From positions 1-56,242 of the forward strand of contig JBBSHJ010000006.1 in NCBI GenBank assembly GCA_038253135.1: 56,242 nucleotides of DNA. Reading direction: 5' to 3'. The position numbers and the translations under genes are program-made. This document shows, one piece after another, positions 29,782-39,841 of the stretch. The first letter of the stretch is position 1. The number at the start of each line of letters is the position of its first letter. This DNA comes from Mycobacteriales bacterium (lineage in GTDB: Bacteria; Actinomycetota; Actinomycetes; Mycobacteriales; QHCD01). Under the pieces are notes generated by a model. It saw only the letters and a program-made list of their open reading frames with translations. It was not told the DNA's origin and did not search any database.

Positions 29782-31113
29782 GTCGTGCGTCGTGGTCCGG
29801 CCCGAGGCCCCGGCCGATGCAGTCTCCCGCACGGCGCTCTCCAGCGAGTCCCGGATGACGAGGAATTTCGCCTGGGTCTCGGCCAGCTCGATCTCCGGGT
29901 CGGAGTCGGCGACGATGCCGCCGCCGGCGAACATGCGGGCGGTCGCGCCGGTGATCTCGGCGCAGCGCAGCGCGAGCCCCCACTCGCCGTCGCCGGCCCG
30001 GTCCACCCAGCCGATCGGGCCGGCGTACCGGCCCCGGTCCATCTGCTCCAGCTGCGGGATCAGGTCCATCGCCACGGCGCTGGGGTTGCCGCCGACCGCG
30101 CCGGTGGGGTGCAGTGCGCCGGCCAGCTCGAGCGCGCTGATCTCGTGCTCGAGCGTGCCGGTCAGGTCGGTGGCGAGGTGGCTCAGGTTGGGCAGCCGGA
30201 GCAGGCTGGGACCATCCGGCACCTGCAGGTCAGGGCAGTACGACGCGAGGGTCTCGGCGACGGACCGGACCGCGTAGGCGTGCTCCTGCCGGTTCTTGGC
30301 CGAGGAGAAGAGGCTGGCGCCGCGGTCATCGGCGAGCCGCGGAACGGTCCCCGCCAGCACGCGGGACAGCACCGTGCGGCCGGTCCGGCGCGCCAGCATC
30401 TCGGGGGTCGCACCGATCAGGCCGTCGACGCTGAAGGTCCAGCAGGAGCGGTAGCGCCGGGCCAGATCGCGCAGCACGGCATCGACCCGGATGGGCGCGG
30501 GGCTGCGCGCCACGAGGTCGCGGGCCAGCACGACCTTGCCGGCCTCTCCGGCCTGGATCCGCCGCACCGCTGCGGCGACCGCGCTCATCCATGCCGAGGC
30601 GCTCAGCGCCCCATCGGCGTACGACACTGCGGTGTCGATCGGAGCCGATGCGCTCGCGGCCGCTGACGGCGTCGCGTCAACCGGATGCAGCGGCGGGTGC
30701 ACCGCAGTCGCTCCGGAGTACGACGTCAGCCACGCCCGGCCGTCGCGGCGGCCGATGACGACGGCCGGAACGACGAAGGTCGCCTCACCGGTCCGCTCGT
30801 CGAACGGGAGGCTGCCGAACATGAGCGGGCCGGTCCCCCAGGCGCTGACCTCGTCGACGACGTCGAATCCACCGGATGTGGCCCGCCACCAGCGCATCGC
30901 GGTGGTCGCGGCGCCGGGGCCGCGCAGCCGCAGCCTGGCCGCGGCCCCCCAACCGATCAGGCCGGCGCCGTCGCGCACCCAGGACACGACATCGCGGGCG
31001 GGAAGGAGAGTGGCGAGGTCGCCGGGATCGGTTATCTCGCGGGTGGTGGCCCGCACCCGTCCGTTCGCCAGTGGACCGGTGGCTTCCGGCACGGCGCTGG
31101 GCAGGACGGTCAC
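29779..31113 (-). CDS. menF: Isochorismate synthase
   Basis: KVVLARD, GATPEML, LAGT, KNRQEH, LHPTGAVGG, DRGRYAGPIGW, FAGGGIV, ELAETQAK. Start 31113 (alternative 31173). Confidence 0.92.
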   Translation of the reverse strand: MTVLPSAVPEATGPLANGRVRATTREITDPGDLATLLPARDVVSWVRDGAGLIGWGAAARLRLRGPGAATTAMRWWRATSGGFDVVDEVSAWGTGPLMFGSLPFDERTGEATFVVPAVVIGRRDGRAWLTSYSGATAVHPPLHPVDATPSAAASASAPIDTAVSYADGALSASAWMSAVAAAVRRIQAGEAGKVVLARDLVARSPAPIRVDAVLRDLARRYRSCWTFSVDGLIGATPEMLARRTGRTVLSRVLAGTVPRLADDRGASLFSSAKNRQEHAYAVRSVAETLASYCPDLQVPDGPSLLRLPNLSHLATDLTGTLEHEISALELAGALHPTGAVGGNPSAVAMDLIPQLEQMDRGRYAGPIGWVDRAGDGEWGLALRCAEITGATARMFAGGGIVADSDPEIELAETQAKFLVIRDSLESAVRETASAGASGRTTTHD

Positions 31114-31194
31114 GGCTTCCAGAGTACGGTCACCCGGCCGACGCGAGGAGCGCAACTCTGCGAGGCTGACCACATGTACCGAATCACCGGGGAG

Positions 31195-31314
31195 GCGGGT
31201 TCCCGCGCGTTTCGCCTGTCCCGAGCACCGACGCGGTGCTCGCGACGCTCAATGGTTGCGGGTTCCCGCGCGCTTCGCCTGTCCCGAGCACCGACGCGGT
31301 GCTCGCGACGCTCA
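31195..31314. repeat. 57-bp direct repeat x2 (63-bp period), each copy with a hairpin, between divergent menF and menG
   Basis: Copies at 31195-31251 and 31258-31314 differ at one base; stem CGAGCACCG-ACG-CGGTGCTCG. Confidence 0.95.
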
Positions 31315-32048
31315 TGAAGCGGCTGCAGCACGAGGACCGCACCACCGGGACCGTCGGCGGGTCGAGGGCCACGCTCGGCAAGCAGCCCGCGCAGATTGCG
31401 GCGATGTTCGATCGGGTCGCGCGCCGGTACGACCTGGTCAACACGGTGATGACCGGCGGGATGGACCGGCTCTGGCGCAGCGCCGCCCGCCGCGCCCTCG
31501 ACTGCCGCAGCACCGAGCGGGTGCTCGATCTCGCCGCCGGTACCGGCGTCTCGACGGCGGAGCTGGCTCGGTCCGGCGCGTACGTGGTCGGCTGCGATTT
31601 CGCGATCGAGATGCTGCGCGCCGGCCGGCACCGGGGCGTGCCGATGGTGGCCGGCGACGCGCTCGCGCTGCCGTTCACCGACGGGTCCTTCGATGCCGTC
31701 ACGATCTCCTTCGGCTTGCGCAACGTCGTCGACGTCGACGCGGTGCTGCGCGAGCTGTGGCGGATCACCCGGCCGGGGGGCCGGCTCGTGGTCTGTGAGG
31801 TGAGCCACCCCCCGCTCAGGGCGCTCTCGGCGGCGTACGACCTCTACATGCGGCGCGTCATGCCGACGATCGCCAGCGTGGTCGCCAGCAATCCGACGGC
31901 GTACCGCTACCTCTCGGAGTCGGCTGCGGCGTGGCCCCGCCAATCCGAGCTCGCCGGCATGATCACGGGTGCCGGATGGGCCGACGTCCGCTGGCACAAC
32001 CTGACCGGCGGCGTGGTCGCCCTGCACCATGCGGCGCGCCCCGCCTGA
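31314..32048 (+). CDS. menG: Demethylmenaquinone methyltransferase
   Basis: [44 protein letters not shown]. Confidence 0.94.
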   Translation: MKRLQHEDRTTGTVGGSRATLGKQPAQIAAMFDRVARRYDLVNTVMTGGMDRLWRSAARRALDCRSTERVLDLAAGTGVSTAELARSGAYVVGCDFAIEMLRAGRHRGVPMVAGDALALPFTDGSFDAVTISFGLRNVVDVDAVLRELWRITRPGGRLVVCEVSHPPLRALSAAYDLYMRRVMPTIASVVASNPTAYRYLSESAAAWPRQSELAGMITGAGWADVRWHNLTGGVVALHHAARPA

Positions 32049-32176
32049 CCCTGCCCTCGTCCACCGCACCACGACGGCCGCTACGACACGTGGCCTACTC
32101 GTCGTACCGCCCGGCGAGATGACAGCCCCGACCGTTGACCCGTAACCTCACGAGTGGGCCGTATGAAGGAGACACG

Positions 32177-32617
32177 ATGGCGCTGCTCGACAAGATCAAG
32201 GACATGCTCAAGGGCCGCGAGGGCCAGGTGCGTAAGGCGACGGACAAGGTCGGCGGCGCGGTCGGCAAGGTCGGCGAGTTCGTCGATGAGAAGACCAAGG
32301 GCAAGTACTCCGACAAGATCCAGTCCGCCGAAGAGAAGGCGGCACATGGCGTGCAGGCAGCCGGCGGCAAGCTCGCCGACCTCGCACACGGCGAGCCCGG
32401 CGCGCCCGGCGCCCCGACCGGAACGGGCGGTGCGGCCGGAACGGGCGGTGCGGCCGAAACGGGCGGTGCTGCCGGAACCGGCGCGGCATCGGCTCCGGCC
32501 GACACCGCCGGGTCAACACCGGGTGCCACCGGGTCCGCGACGGACGCGGCCGGGCCGACGACCGGCGCGACGAGCGACGCCGCGACGGACGGCGCACCCA
32601 AGCCCGAGGGGTCTTAA
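32177..32617 (+). CDS. MT0933/Rv0909-like antitoxin-family protein with Gly/Ala/Thr tail
   Basis: MALLDKIKDML...GEFVDEKTKGKYSDKI; SD AAGGAG; 18-bp GTGGAA-encoding repeats at about 32420-32475. Confidence 0.8.
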   Translation: MALLDKIKDMLKGREGQVRKATDKVGGAVGKVGEFVDEKTKGKYSDKIQSAEEKAAHGVQAAGGKLADLAHGEPGAPGAPTGTGGAAGTGGAAETGGAAGTGAASAPADTAGSTPGATGSATDAAGPTTGATSDAATDGAPKPEGS

Positions 32618-32669
32618 CCGCCGCCGGCACCAGGCCGTCGAAATCGCGGCTTCCCACCCGGTCTAGACT

Positions 32670-32687
32670 TCGTGAACGGATTCACAA
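32670..32687 (+). promoter_or_regulatory. Rex operator upstream of menJ-nuo
   Basis: TCGTGAACGGATTCACAA, 60 bp upstream of menJ. Confidence 0.75.
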
Positions 32688-32746
32688 GGCCGATTCATAA
32701 GGCCACTTGATCCAGGATCAGGAGTCATGCAACGGATTGGGAAGCC

Positions 32747-34093
32747 GTGACCGGAGTGCCTATCGACGCCCTCGGCCGTGCTCGCCGGACCGGCAGCGCC
32801 GGTCCGGCCGAGAGTGCCGACGTCATCGTCGTCGGCTGCGGCCCATCCGGCGCCACGGCGGCGTACTACCTGGCGCAGGCCGGTCTTGACGTCCTCGTGC
32901 TGGAGAAGACCGCGTTCCCGCGGGAGAAGGTCTGCGGCGACGGTCTGACCCCCCGCGCCGTCAAGAGCCTGATCGCCATGGGCGTCGACATCGGCACCGA
33001 CGAGCGGCCGAGCGGCTGGATCCGCAACAAGGGGCTTCGGGTCATCGGTGGTGGGCTTCGGCTCGAGCTGCCCTGGCCGGACCTCGCCAGCTATCCCGGT
33101 TTCGGCCTGGTGCGCACCCGCTACGACTTCGACGACATCCTTGCCGCCCGGGCCCGATCGGCCGGCGTCAAGATCCTCGAGCAGACCGGTGTGACCGGAA
33201 CGCTGCAGGACGACCGCGGCCGTGTCGTCGGCGTGTCGGCGAGCGCCGGCGCCGAGAAACGACCGGTCGAATACCGCGCCCCACTGGTGATCGCCGCTGA
33301 CGGTGTCGGCGGCCGGCTCGCCCGCTCCGTCGGGATCGGGCGGCGCGAGGACCGGCCGATGGGGGTCGCGGTACGCCGGTACTTCCGGTCGCCGCGGCAC
33401 GACGACGACTATCTCGAATCCTGGCTCGAGCTGCGCGCCGCGCCGGGAGCCACGGCGGCCCGGCGCAAGGACAAACTGCTTCCCGGCTACGGGTGGATCT
33501 TCGGTGTCGGTGACGGCACGTCCAATGTCGGGCTCGGCCTGTTGAACAGCTCGGGCGCCTTTCGCGACACCGATTACCGCTCGCTGCTGAAGGCATGGCT
33601 GGCCGCGCTACCGCCGGAGTGGGGATTTGTCGAGGAGAACGCCACCGGCCCGGTCCGTGGCGGCGGCCTGCCGATGGGCTTCAACCGCACCCCGCACTAC
33701 CGAGACGGTCTGCTGCTTGCCGGCGACGCCGGCGGGGCGGTCAACCCGTTCAATGGCGAGGGCATCGCCTACGCGATGGAGACCGGCAAGGCCGCCGCAG
33801 AGGTCGTCGCGCAGGCCGTGGCGCGGCCGACGGGGCCGGCCCGCGAGGCCGCGCTGGCGGCGTACCCGCAATTCCTGCGCGACAATTACGGCGCCTATTA
33901 CCGCCTGGGCGCGATCTTCGTGAAGCTGATCGGGCATCCGCAGGTGATGCGGATCGCGACCCAGCACGGAATGCCGCATCCGATGCTGATGAAGTTCGTC
34001 CTGAAGCTGCTCGCCAACCTTTCCGAGCCCACTGGCGGTGACGCGCACGACCGCATCATCGCGGCGCTGACGAAGCTGGTACCCGCCGAATGA
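32747..34093 (+). CDS. menJ: Geranylgeranyl reductase family menaquinone reductase
   Basis: VVGCGPSG, FPREKVCGDGLTPRAV, GYGWIF, GDAGGAVNPFNGEGIAYA; located between menG and nuoA. Confidence 0.85.
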   Translation: MTGVPIDALGRARRTGSAGPAESADVIVVGCGPSGATAAYYLAQAGLDVLVLEKTAFPREKVCGDGLTPRAVKSLIAMGVDIGTDERPSGWIRNKGLRVIGGGLRLELPWPDLASYPGFGLVRTRYDFDDILAARARSAGVKILEQTGVTGTLQDDRGRVVGVSASAGAEKRPVEYRAPLVIAADGVGGRLARSVGIGRREDRPMGVAVRRYFRSPRHDDDYLESWLELRAAPGATAARRKDKLLPGYGWIFGVGDGTSNVGLGLLNSSGAFRDTDYRSLLKAWLAALPPEWGFVEENATGPVRGGGLPMGFNRTPHYRDGLLLAGDAGGAVNPFNGEGIAYAMETGKAAAEVVAQAVARPTGPAREAALAAYPQFLRDNYGAYYRLGAIFVKLIGHPQVMRIATQHGMPHPMLMKFVLKLLANLSEPTGGDAHDRIIAALTKLVPAE

Positions 34094-34274
34094 ATGGCAC
34101 ATATCGACGGCCTACCGCTACCGGTGGGCCGCGCGAAACCGGCACCGCGCGACGGCCTAGAGTTGTCTCGTTTGCGCGCACGACCTGCGTGTTCGCCCAG
34201 CGGTCGAGACGTGCGGTATCAGGGGCCACCGGAAGGCGAAACCGGATCCGGCGGCGGGAGGATGGAGGCATCGG

Positions 34275-34646
34275 ATGGACCTGACTCTCACCCCCTACAT
34301 TCCCATCGTCTTCCTGTCCGTGGTGGCGGTCGGGTTCGCGGTGGTCTCCGTCGTGCTGTCGACGATCATGGGTCCGCGGCGCTACAACCGGGCCAAGTAC
34401 GACGCGTACGAGTGCGGGATCGAGCCGAGCCCGCAGCCGGTGGGCGGCGGGCGGGTCCCCGTGAAGTTCTACCTGACGGCGATGCTCTTCATCGTCTTCG
34501 ACATCGAGATCGTCTTCGTCTACCCCTACGCGGTGGCCAACCGCGCGCTCGGCGTCTTCGGGGTCGTCGAGATCGTGCTGTTCGTCGCCACCGTGTTCGT
34601 CGCGTACGCCTACGTGTGGCGGCGCGGCGGTCTTGACTGGAATTAA
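34275..34646 (+). CDS. nuoA: NADH-quinone oxidoreductase subunit A
   Basis: KYDAYECGIEP, FYLTAMLFIVFDIE, GGLDW. Confidence 0.97.
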   Translation: MDLTLTPYIPIVFLSVVAVGFAVVSVVLSTIMGPRRYNRAKYDAYECGIEPSPQPVGGGRVPVKFYLTAMLFIVFDIEIVFVYPYAVANRALGVFGVVEIVLFVATVFVAYAYVWRRGGLDWN

Positions 34647-34667
34647 CCGGAAGAGGACGCAACCGCC

Positions 34668-35345
34668 GTGGGTCTGGAAGAGAAGCTCCCGAACGGGATA
34701 CTGCTGACGAGCCTGGAAAAGGTCGTCAACTACACCCGCAAGGCGTCGGTCTGGCCGGCGACCTTCGGCCTGGCGTGCTGCGCCATCGAGATGATGGCCG
34801 TCGGCGGCTCTCGCCACGACATCGCCCGATTCGGCATGGAGCGATTCTCCGCATCACCTCGGCAGGCGGATCTGATGATCGTCGCCGGTCGAGTCAGCCA
34901 GAAGATGGCGCCGGTGCTGCGGCAGATCTACGACCAGATGCCCAACCCGAAATGGGTGCTGTCGATGGGCGTTTGCGCGACCTCGGGCGGCATGTTCAAC
35001 AATTACGCGATCGTGCAGGGCGTCGACCACGTCGTACCCGTCGACATGTACCTGCCCGGCTGCCCGCCGCGGCCGGAAATGCTGCTCGATGCGATCCTGA
35101 AACTGCACGAGAAGATCATGCATGAGCCGCTCGGACCCAAGCGGGCCAAGCAGCTGCGCGACAACCCGCCGGAGCGGGTCGGCATCACGCCTTCCTCGCT
35201 CGCCTACGCGCCGGCCAACGGGCGCCGCAACCCGCTCGGCCTGCCCACGTATCGGGCCAGGGAAGGCGAGCTGCCGCAGTTCCCGGGCGGCGTGCCGTCC
35301 GAGCCCGGCCCGCGGAACGGGCGGGGCCAGGAGTCGTCCCGATGA
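34668..35345 (+). CDS. nuoB: NADH-quinone oxidoreductase subunit B
   Basis: [27 protein letters not shown]. Confidence 0.97.
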   Translation: MGLEEKLPNGILLTSLEKVVNYTRKASVWPATFGLACCAIEMMAVGGSRHDIARFGMERFSASPRQADLMIVAGRVSQKMAPVLRQIYDQMPNPKWVLSMGVCATSGGMFNNYAIVQGVDHVVPVDMYLPGCPPRPEMLLDAILKLHEKIMHEPLGPKRAKQLRDNPPERVGITPSSLAYAPANGRRNPLGLPTYRAREGELPQFPGGVPSEPGPRNGRGQESSR

Positions 35346-35517
35346 GCGACACGAGAGCCGCCGTGAGGGTGTGTCGATTGACGAGGCAGCGGGTTTCGTC
35401 GACCGACGAGGGGGCGAGCCGAGCGAGGTACGAGCGAGGCGCGCAGCGACCGGGGCGATCGACCAGAGGCAATGAGGAGCTCGCGACGGGGCGCGCAGCG
35501 ACCGAGGAGGTCGCGCA

Positions 35518-35521
<4 letters not shown>
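35342..35521 (+). repeat. Junction repeat copy (nuoB-nuoC) encoding a 59-aa coupled mini-ORF
   Basis: [59 protein letters not shown]; ATGA and GTGA overlaps. Confidence 0.88.
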
Positions 35522-36329
<808 letters not shown>

Positions 36330-36333
<4 letters not shown>

Positions 36334-36413
36334 GCGTGCGCCGACTGACGAGGGAGCGAGCATCCGAGGAGCGTGCGATGAGGCGCGCAGCGACTGAGGA
36401 GGTCGCGCGATGA
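36330..36413 (+). repeat. Junction repeat copy (nuoC-nuoD) encoding a 27-aa coupled mini-ORF
   Basis: TTG start: [27 protein letters not shown]; TTGA and ATGA overlaps. Confidence 0.85.
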
Positions 36414-37750
36414 GCATTGGCCATGACGAGTACGCGAGCGCTCGGGAGACGACCGAGGGACGGGTCTACACCGTCACCGGCGGCGACTGGGACGAAACCT
36501 TCGGCCACGGCAATTTCGGGGGCGGCGAGATCCCCGACGAGGACCGCATCGTCGTCAACATGGGCCCCCAGCACCCGTCGACGCACGGCGTGCTGCGGAT
36601 CGTGCTCGAACTCGAAGGCGAGACGGTCACCGATGCGCGTGCCGTCGTCGGCTTCCTGCACACCGGCATCGAGAAGAACTGCGAGTTCCGCACCTGGACG
36701 CAGGCGGTCACGTTCCTGACCCGCGCCGACTACCTGTCGCCGGTCTTCAACGAGACCGGCTACTGCATGGGCGTGGAGAAGCTGCTCGGCATCGCGGTGC
36801 CGGAACGGGCCGTCACGATCCGGGTGATCATGATGGAGCTCAACCGGATCGCGTCGCACCTCGTGTGGCTGGCGACGGGCGGCAACGAGCTGGGCGCCAC
36901 CACGCCGATGACCGACGGCTTCATGGATCGCGAGCGGATCCTCGACATCTTCGAGATGGCCTCGGGCCTGCGCATGAACATGGCCTACGTCCGCCCCGGC
37001 GGCCTGTCCCAGGACCTGCCCCCGGGGACGATCGAGGAGATCCGGGGGCTCGTTCCCTACCTGCGCAAGCGGGTTGACTGGTACGAAGGCCTGCTGACCG
37101 GGCAGCCGGTCTTCTACAAGCGACTCAAGGAAGTTGGCTTCATCGACGTGCCGGGGTGCCTCGCGCTCGGGATCACCGGCCCGGTGCTGCGCGCGGCCGG
37201 CTTGCCGTGGGATCTGCGCAAGACGATGCCGTACGCCGGCTATGAGAATTACGAGTTTGACGTGCCGACGCACACCGACAGCGACTGCTTCGCGCGTTAT
37301 CTCGTCCGGATGGAGGAGATGCGGCAGTCCTGCAACATCATCGAGCAGGCGCTCGACCGGCTCGAGCCGGGGCCGGTGATGGTGCTGGACAAGAAGGTCG
37401 CATGGCCCTCTCAGCTCGCCCTCGGCGGCGACGGGATCGGCAACTCCCTCGGGCACGTCCGCCACATCATGGGGCAGTCGATGGAGGCGCTGATCCACCA
37501 CTTCAAGCTGGTGACCGAGGGCTTCCGCGTCCCGGCTGGGCAGGTCTACTCACCCGTCGAGGGCCCCCGCGGCGAGCTCGGCTATCACATCGTCTCGGAC
37601 GGCGGCACCAGGCCGTATCGCGTGCACGTGCGCGAACCATGCTTCATCAACCTGCAGGCCGTCGGACCGATGCTTGAGGGCGGGATGGTCGGCGACGCCG
37701 TCGTGTCGATCGCCTCGCTCGACCCGGTGATCGGGGGCACCGACCGATGA
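36410..37750 (+). CDS. nuoD: NADH-quinone oxidoreductase subunit D
   Basis: [38 protein letters not shown]. Confidence 0.97.
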   Translation: MSIGHDEYASARETTEGRVYTVTGGDWDETFGHGNFGGGEIPDEDRIVVNMGPQHPSTHGVLRIVLELEGETVTDARAVVGFLHTGIEKNCEFRTWTQAVTFLTRADYLSPVFNETGYCMGVEKLLGIAVPERAVTIRVIMMELNRIASHLVWLATGGNELGATTPMTDGFMDRERILDIFEMASGLRMNMAYVRPGGLSQDLPPGTIEEIRGLVPYLRKRVDWYEGLLTGQPVFYKRLKEVGFIDVPGCLALGITGPVLRAAGLPWDLRKTMPYAGYENYEFDVPTHTDSDCFARYLVRMEEMRQSCNIIEQALDRLEPGPVMVLDKKVAWPSQLALGGDGIGNSLGHVRHIMGQSMEALIHHFKLVTEGFRVPAGQVYSPVEGPRGELGYHIVSDGGTRPYRVHVREPCFINLQAVGPMLEGGMVGDAVVSIASLDPVIGGTDR

Positions 37751-37842
37751 CCGCATCCCGACATTTGGCGGCGGTACGTCGTCTACGACGTCAAGCCGCC
37801 ACAACTACGAGGCGCGGACCATCTGAGGAGGTCGGGCGGTGA
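37747..37842 (+). repeat. Diverged junction repeat copy (nuoD-nuoE) encoding a 31-aa coupled mini-ORF
   Basis: [31 protein letters not shown]; ATGA and GTGA overlaps; hairpin GGCGGC..ACGTCGT-CT-ACGACGT..GCCGCC. Confidence 0.75.
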
Positions 37843-38543
37843 CACAGGCTCGGGTCTTCGACGAGAAGACCGCAAAGGAGGCGAAGCAGATCATCGCGCG
37901 TTACCCGCGGCCGCGCTCGGCGCTGCTGCCGATGCTGCACCTGGTGCAGTCGGTGGAGGGCTTTGTGAGCCCCGGCGGGATCGCGTTCTGCGCAGAGCAG
38001 CTCGATATCACACCGGCGCAGGTCGGCGCGGTGGCGACGTTCTACACGATGTACAAGCGGCACCCGACGGGCGATCACCTCGTCTCGGTCTGCACCAACA
38101 CGCTGTGCGGCCTGCTCGGCGGCGACGAGATCTACGCGGCGCTGGCGCAGAAGCTCGGCGTCGGGCATGACGAGACGACGGCGGACGGCACGATCACGTT
38201 CGAGCATGCCGAATGCCTCGCGGCGTGCGACTATGCGCCCGTCGTGACCGTCGACTATGAGTTCTACGACCAGCAGACGGTGGAGTCGGCCGAGCAGCTC
38301 ATCGACGAGTTGCGGGCCGGCAGCAGGCCGCAGCCCAGCCGCGGCGCGCCGCTGTGCACGTTCAAGGAGGTCTCTCGGGTGCTCGCCGGTTTCACCGACG
38401 ACGGGTCGGCGGTCGAGGGCGCGGGCACCGGCGTACCGACCCTCGCCGGGCTCAGGCTCGCGCGGGAGCGCGGCGAGACGGCACCGGCCTACGACCCGGC
38501 GACGCCAGTGCCACCGCTTCCTCCGAAGGAGGAGAAGAAGTAG
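37839..38543 (+). CDS. nuoE: NADH-quinone oxidoreductase subunit E
   Basis: RSALLPMLHLVQ, VATFYTMY, VCTNTLC, ECLAACDYAP. Confidence 0.97.
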   Translation: MTQARVFDEKTAKEAKQIIARYPRPRSALLPMLHLVQSVEGFVSPGGIAFCAEQLDITPAQVGAVATFYTMYKRHPTGDHLVSVCTNTLCGLLGGDEIYAALAQKLGVGHDETTADGTITFEHAECLAACDYAPVVTVDYEFYDQQTVESAEQLIDELRAGSRPQPSRGAPLCTFKEVSRVLAGFTDDGSAVEGAGTGVPTLAGLRLARERGETAPAYDPATPVPPLPPKEEKK

Positions 38544-39839
38544 ATGCCGCTCACACCCGTCCTCACCAAGCGCTGGGACGTCCCGCAGTCCTGGTCACTT
38601 TCGACCTACGAGTCGCTCGAGGGCTACCAGGCGCTGCGCAAGGCCCTCGCGTGCGAGCCGAAACAGCTCGTGCAGACGATGTCGTCGGCGACGCTGCGCG
38701 GCCGCGGCGGTGGCGGCTTCGGCACCGGCATGAAGTGGGACTTCATCAACGACGACGGCAAGGCGCACTACCTTGTCGTCAACGCCGATGAGGGCGAGCC
38801 GGGCACCTGCCGGGACGCCCCGCTGATGATCTGTGATCCGCACTCGCTGATCGAGGGCATCGTGATCGCCAGCTACGCGGTGCGCTGCAACCACGCGTTC
38901 ATCTACGTGCGCGGCGAGCTGATCCATGCCCGCCGGCGGCTGGACAACGCCGTCCGCGAGGCCTATGCCGCCGGCTACCTGGGCAAGAACATCCTCGACT
39001 CGGGATTCGACCTCGAGATCACCATCCACTCCGGAGCCGGTGCCTACATCTGCGGCGAGGAGACGGCGCTGCTCGACTCGCTCGAGGGCTACCGCGGCCA
39101 GCCGCGGTTGAAGCCGCCGTTTCCGGCCATCGCCGGGCTCTATCAGCTGCCGACGGTCGTCAACAACGTGGGCACGCTCGCCTCGGTGCCGTCGATCATC
39201 CTGGCCGGTCCTGACTGGTGGACGGCCATGGGCACCGAGAAATCCCCGGGCACGGCGATCCACTCGGTCTCCGGCCGGGTCAAGCGGCCGGGCCAGTACG
39301 AGGCGCCGCTCGGCTCGACGCTGCGGGAGATACTCGAGATGGCCGGCGGCATGCGGGACGGTCACGAGCTGAAGTTCTGGACGTCCGGCGGCGCCTCGCT
39401 GCCGCTGCTGACCGCCGAGCACATCGACGTACCGATGGACTTCAACTCGCCGCTGGGCAACATCGCCGGCACCGGCGCGATGATGATCTTCGACGACTCC
39501 GACTGCATCGTGCGCGCGGTGAAGAAGTGGAGCGAGTTCTACGCCCACGAGTCGTGCGGCAAGTGCACCCCGTGCCGCGAGGGCACCTACTGGTACGTGC
39601 AAATATACGAGCGGCTGGAGCGCGGCGAGGCCACCTCCCGCGACATCGACCTGCTGCTCGACATCTCCGACAGCATCCTCGGCCGGGCGTTCTGCCCGCT
39701 CGGCGACGGCGCCACCAGCCCGGTGACCGCGTCGATCAAGTACTTCCGGGACGAGTACGTCGCGCACTACGAGAGGGGTGGGTGCCCGTTCGGCAAGGCA
39801 CCCGCCGCCTCGTCTCATGTCATGGCAGGAGCCCACTGA
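38544..39839 (+). CDS. nuoF: NADH-quinone oxidoreductase subunit F
   Basis: [50 protein letters not shown]. Confidence 0.97.
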   Translation: MPLTPVLTKRWDVPQSWSLSTYESLEGYQALRKALACEPKQLVQTMSSATLRGRGGGGFGTGMKWDFINDDGKAHYLVVNADEGEPGTCRDAPLMICDPHSLIEGIVIASYAVRCNHAFIYVRGELIHARRRLDNAVREAYAAGYLGKNILDSGFDLEITIHSGAGAYICGEETALLDSLEGYRGQPRLKPPFPAIAGLYQLPTVVNNVGTLASVPSIILAGPDWWTAMGTEKSPGTAIHSVSGRVKRPGQYEAPLGSTLREILEMAGGMRDGHELKFWTSGGASLPLLTAEHIDVPMDFNSPLGNIAGTGAMMIFDDSDCIVRAVKKWSEFYAHESCGKCTPCREGTYWYVQIYERLERGEATSRDIDLLLDISDSILGRAFCPLGDGATSPVTASIKYFRDEYVAHYERGGCPFGKAPAASSHVMAGAH

Positions 39840-39841
39840 GA

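Noticed and set aside
38544-39839. NuoF motif variants ([13 protein letters not shown]) as signs of inactivation
   Set aside because: All N3 cysteines and the GEET motif are intact and the frame is complete; most likely lineage variation.
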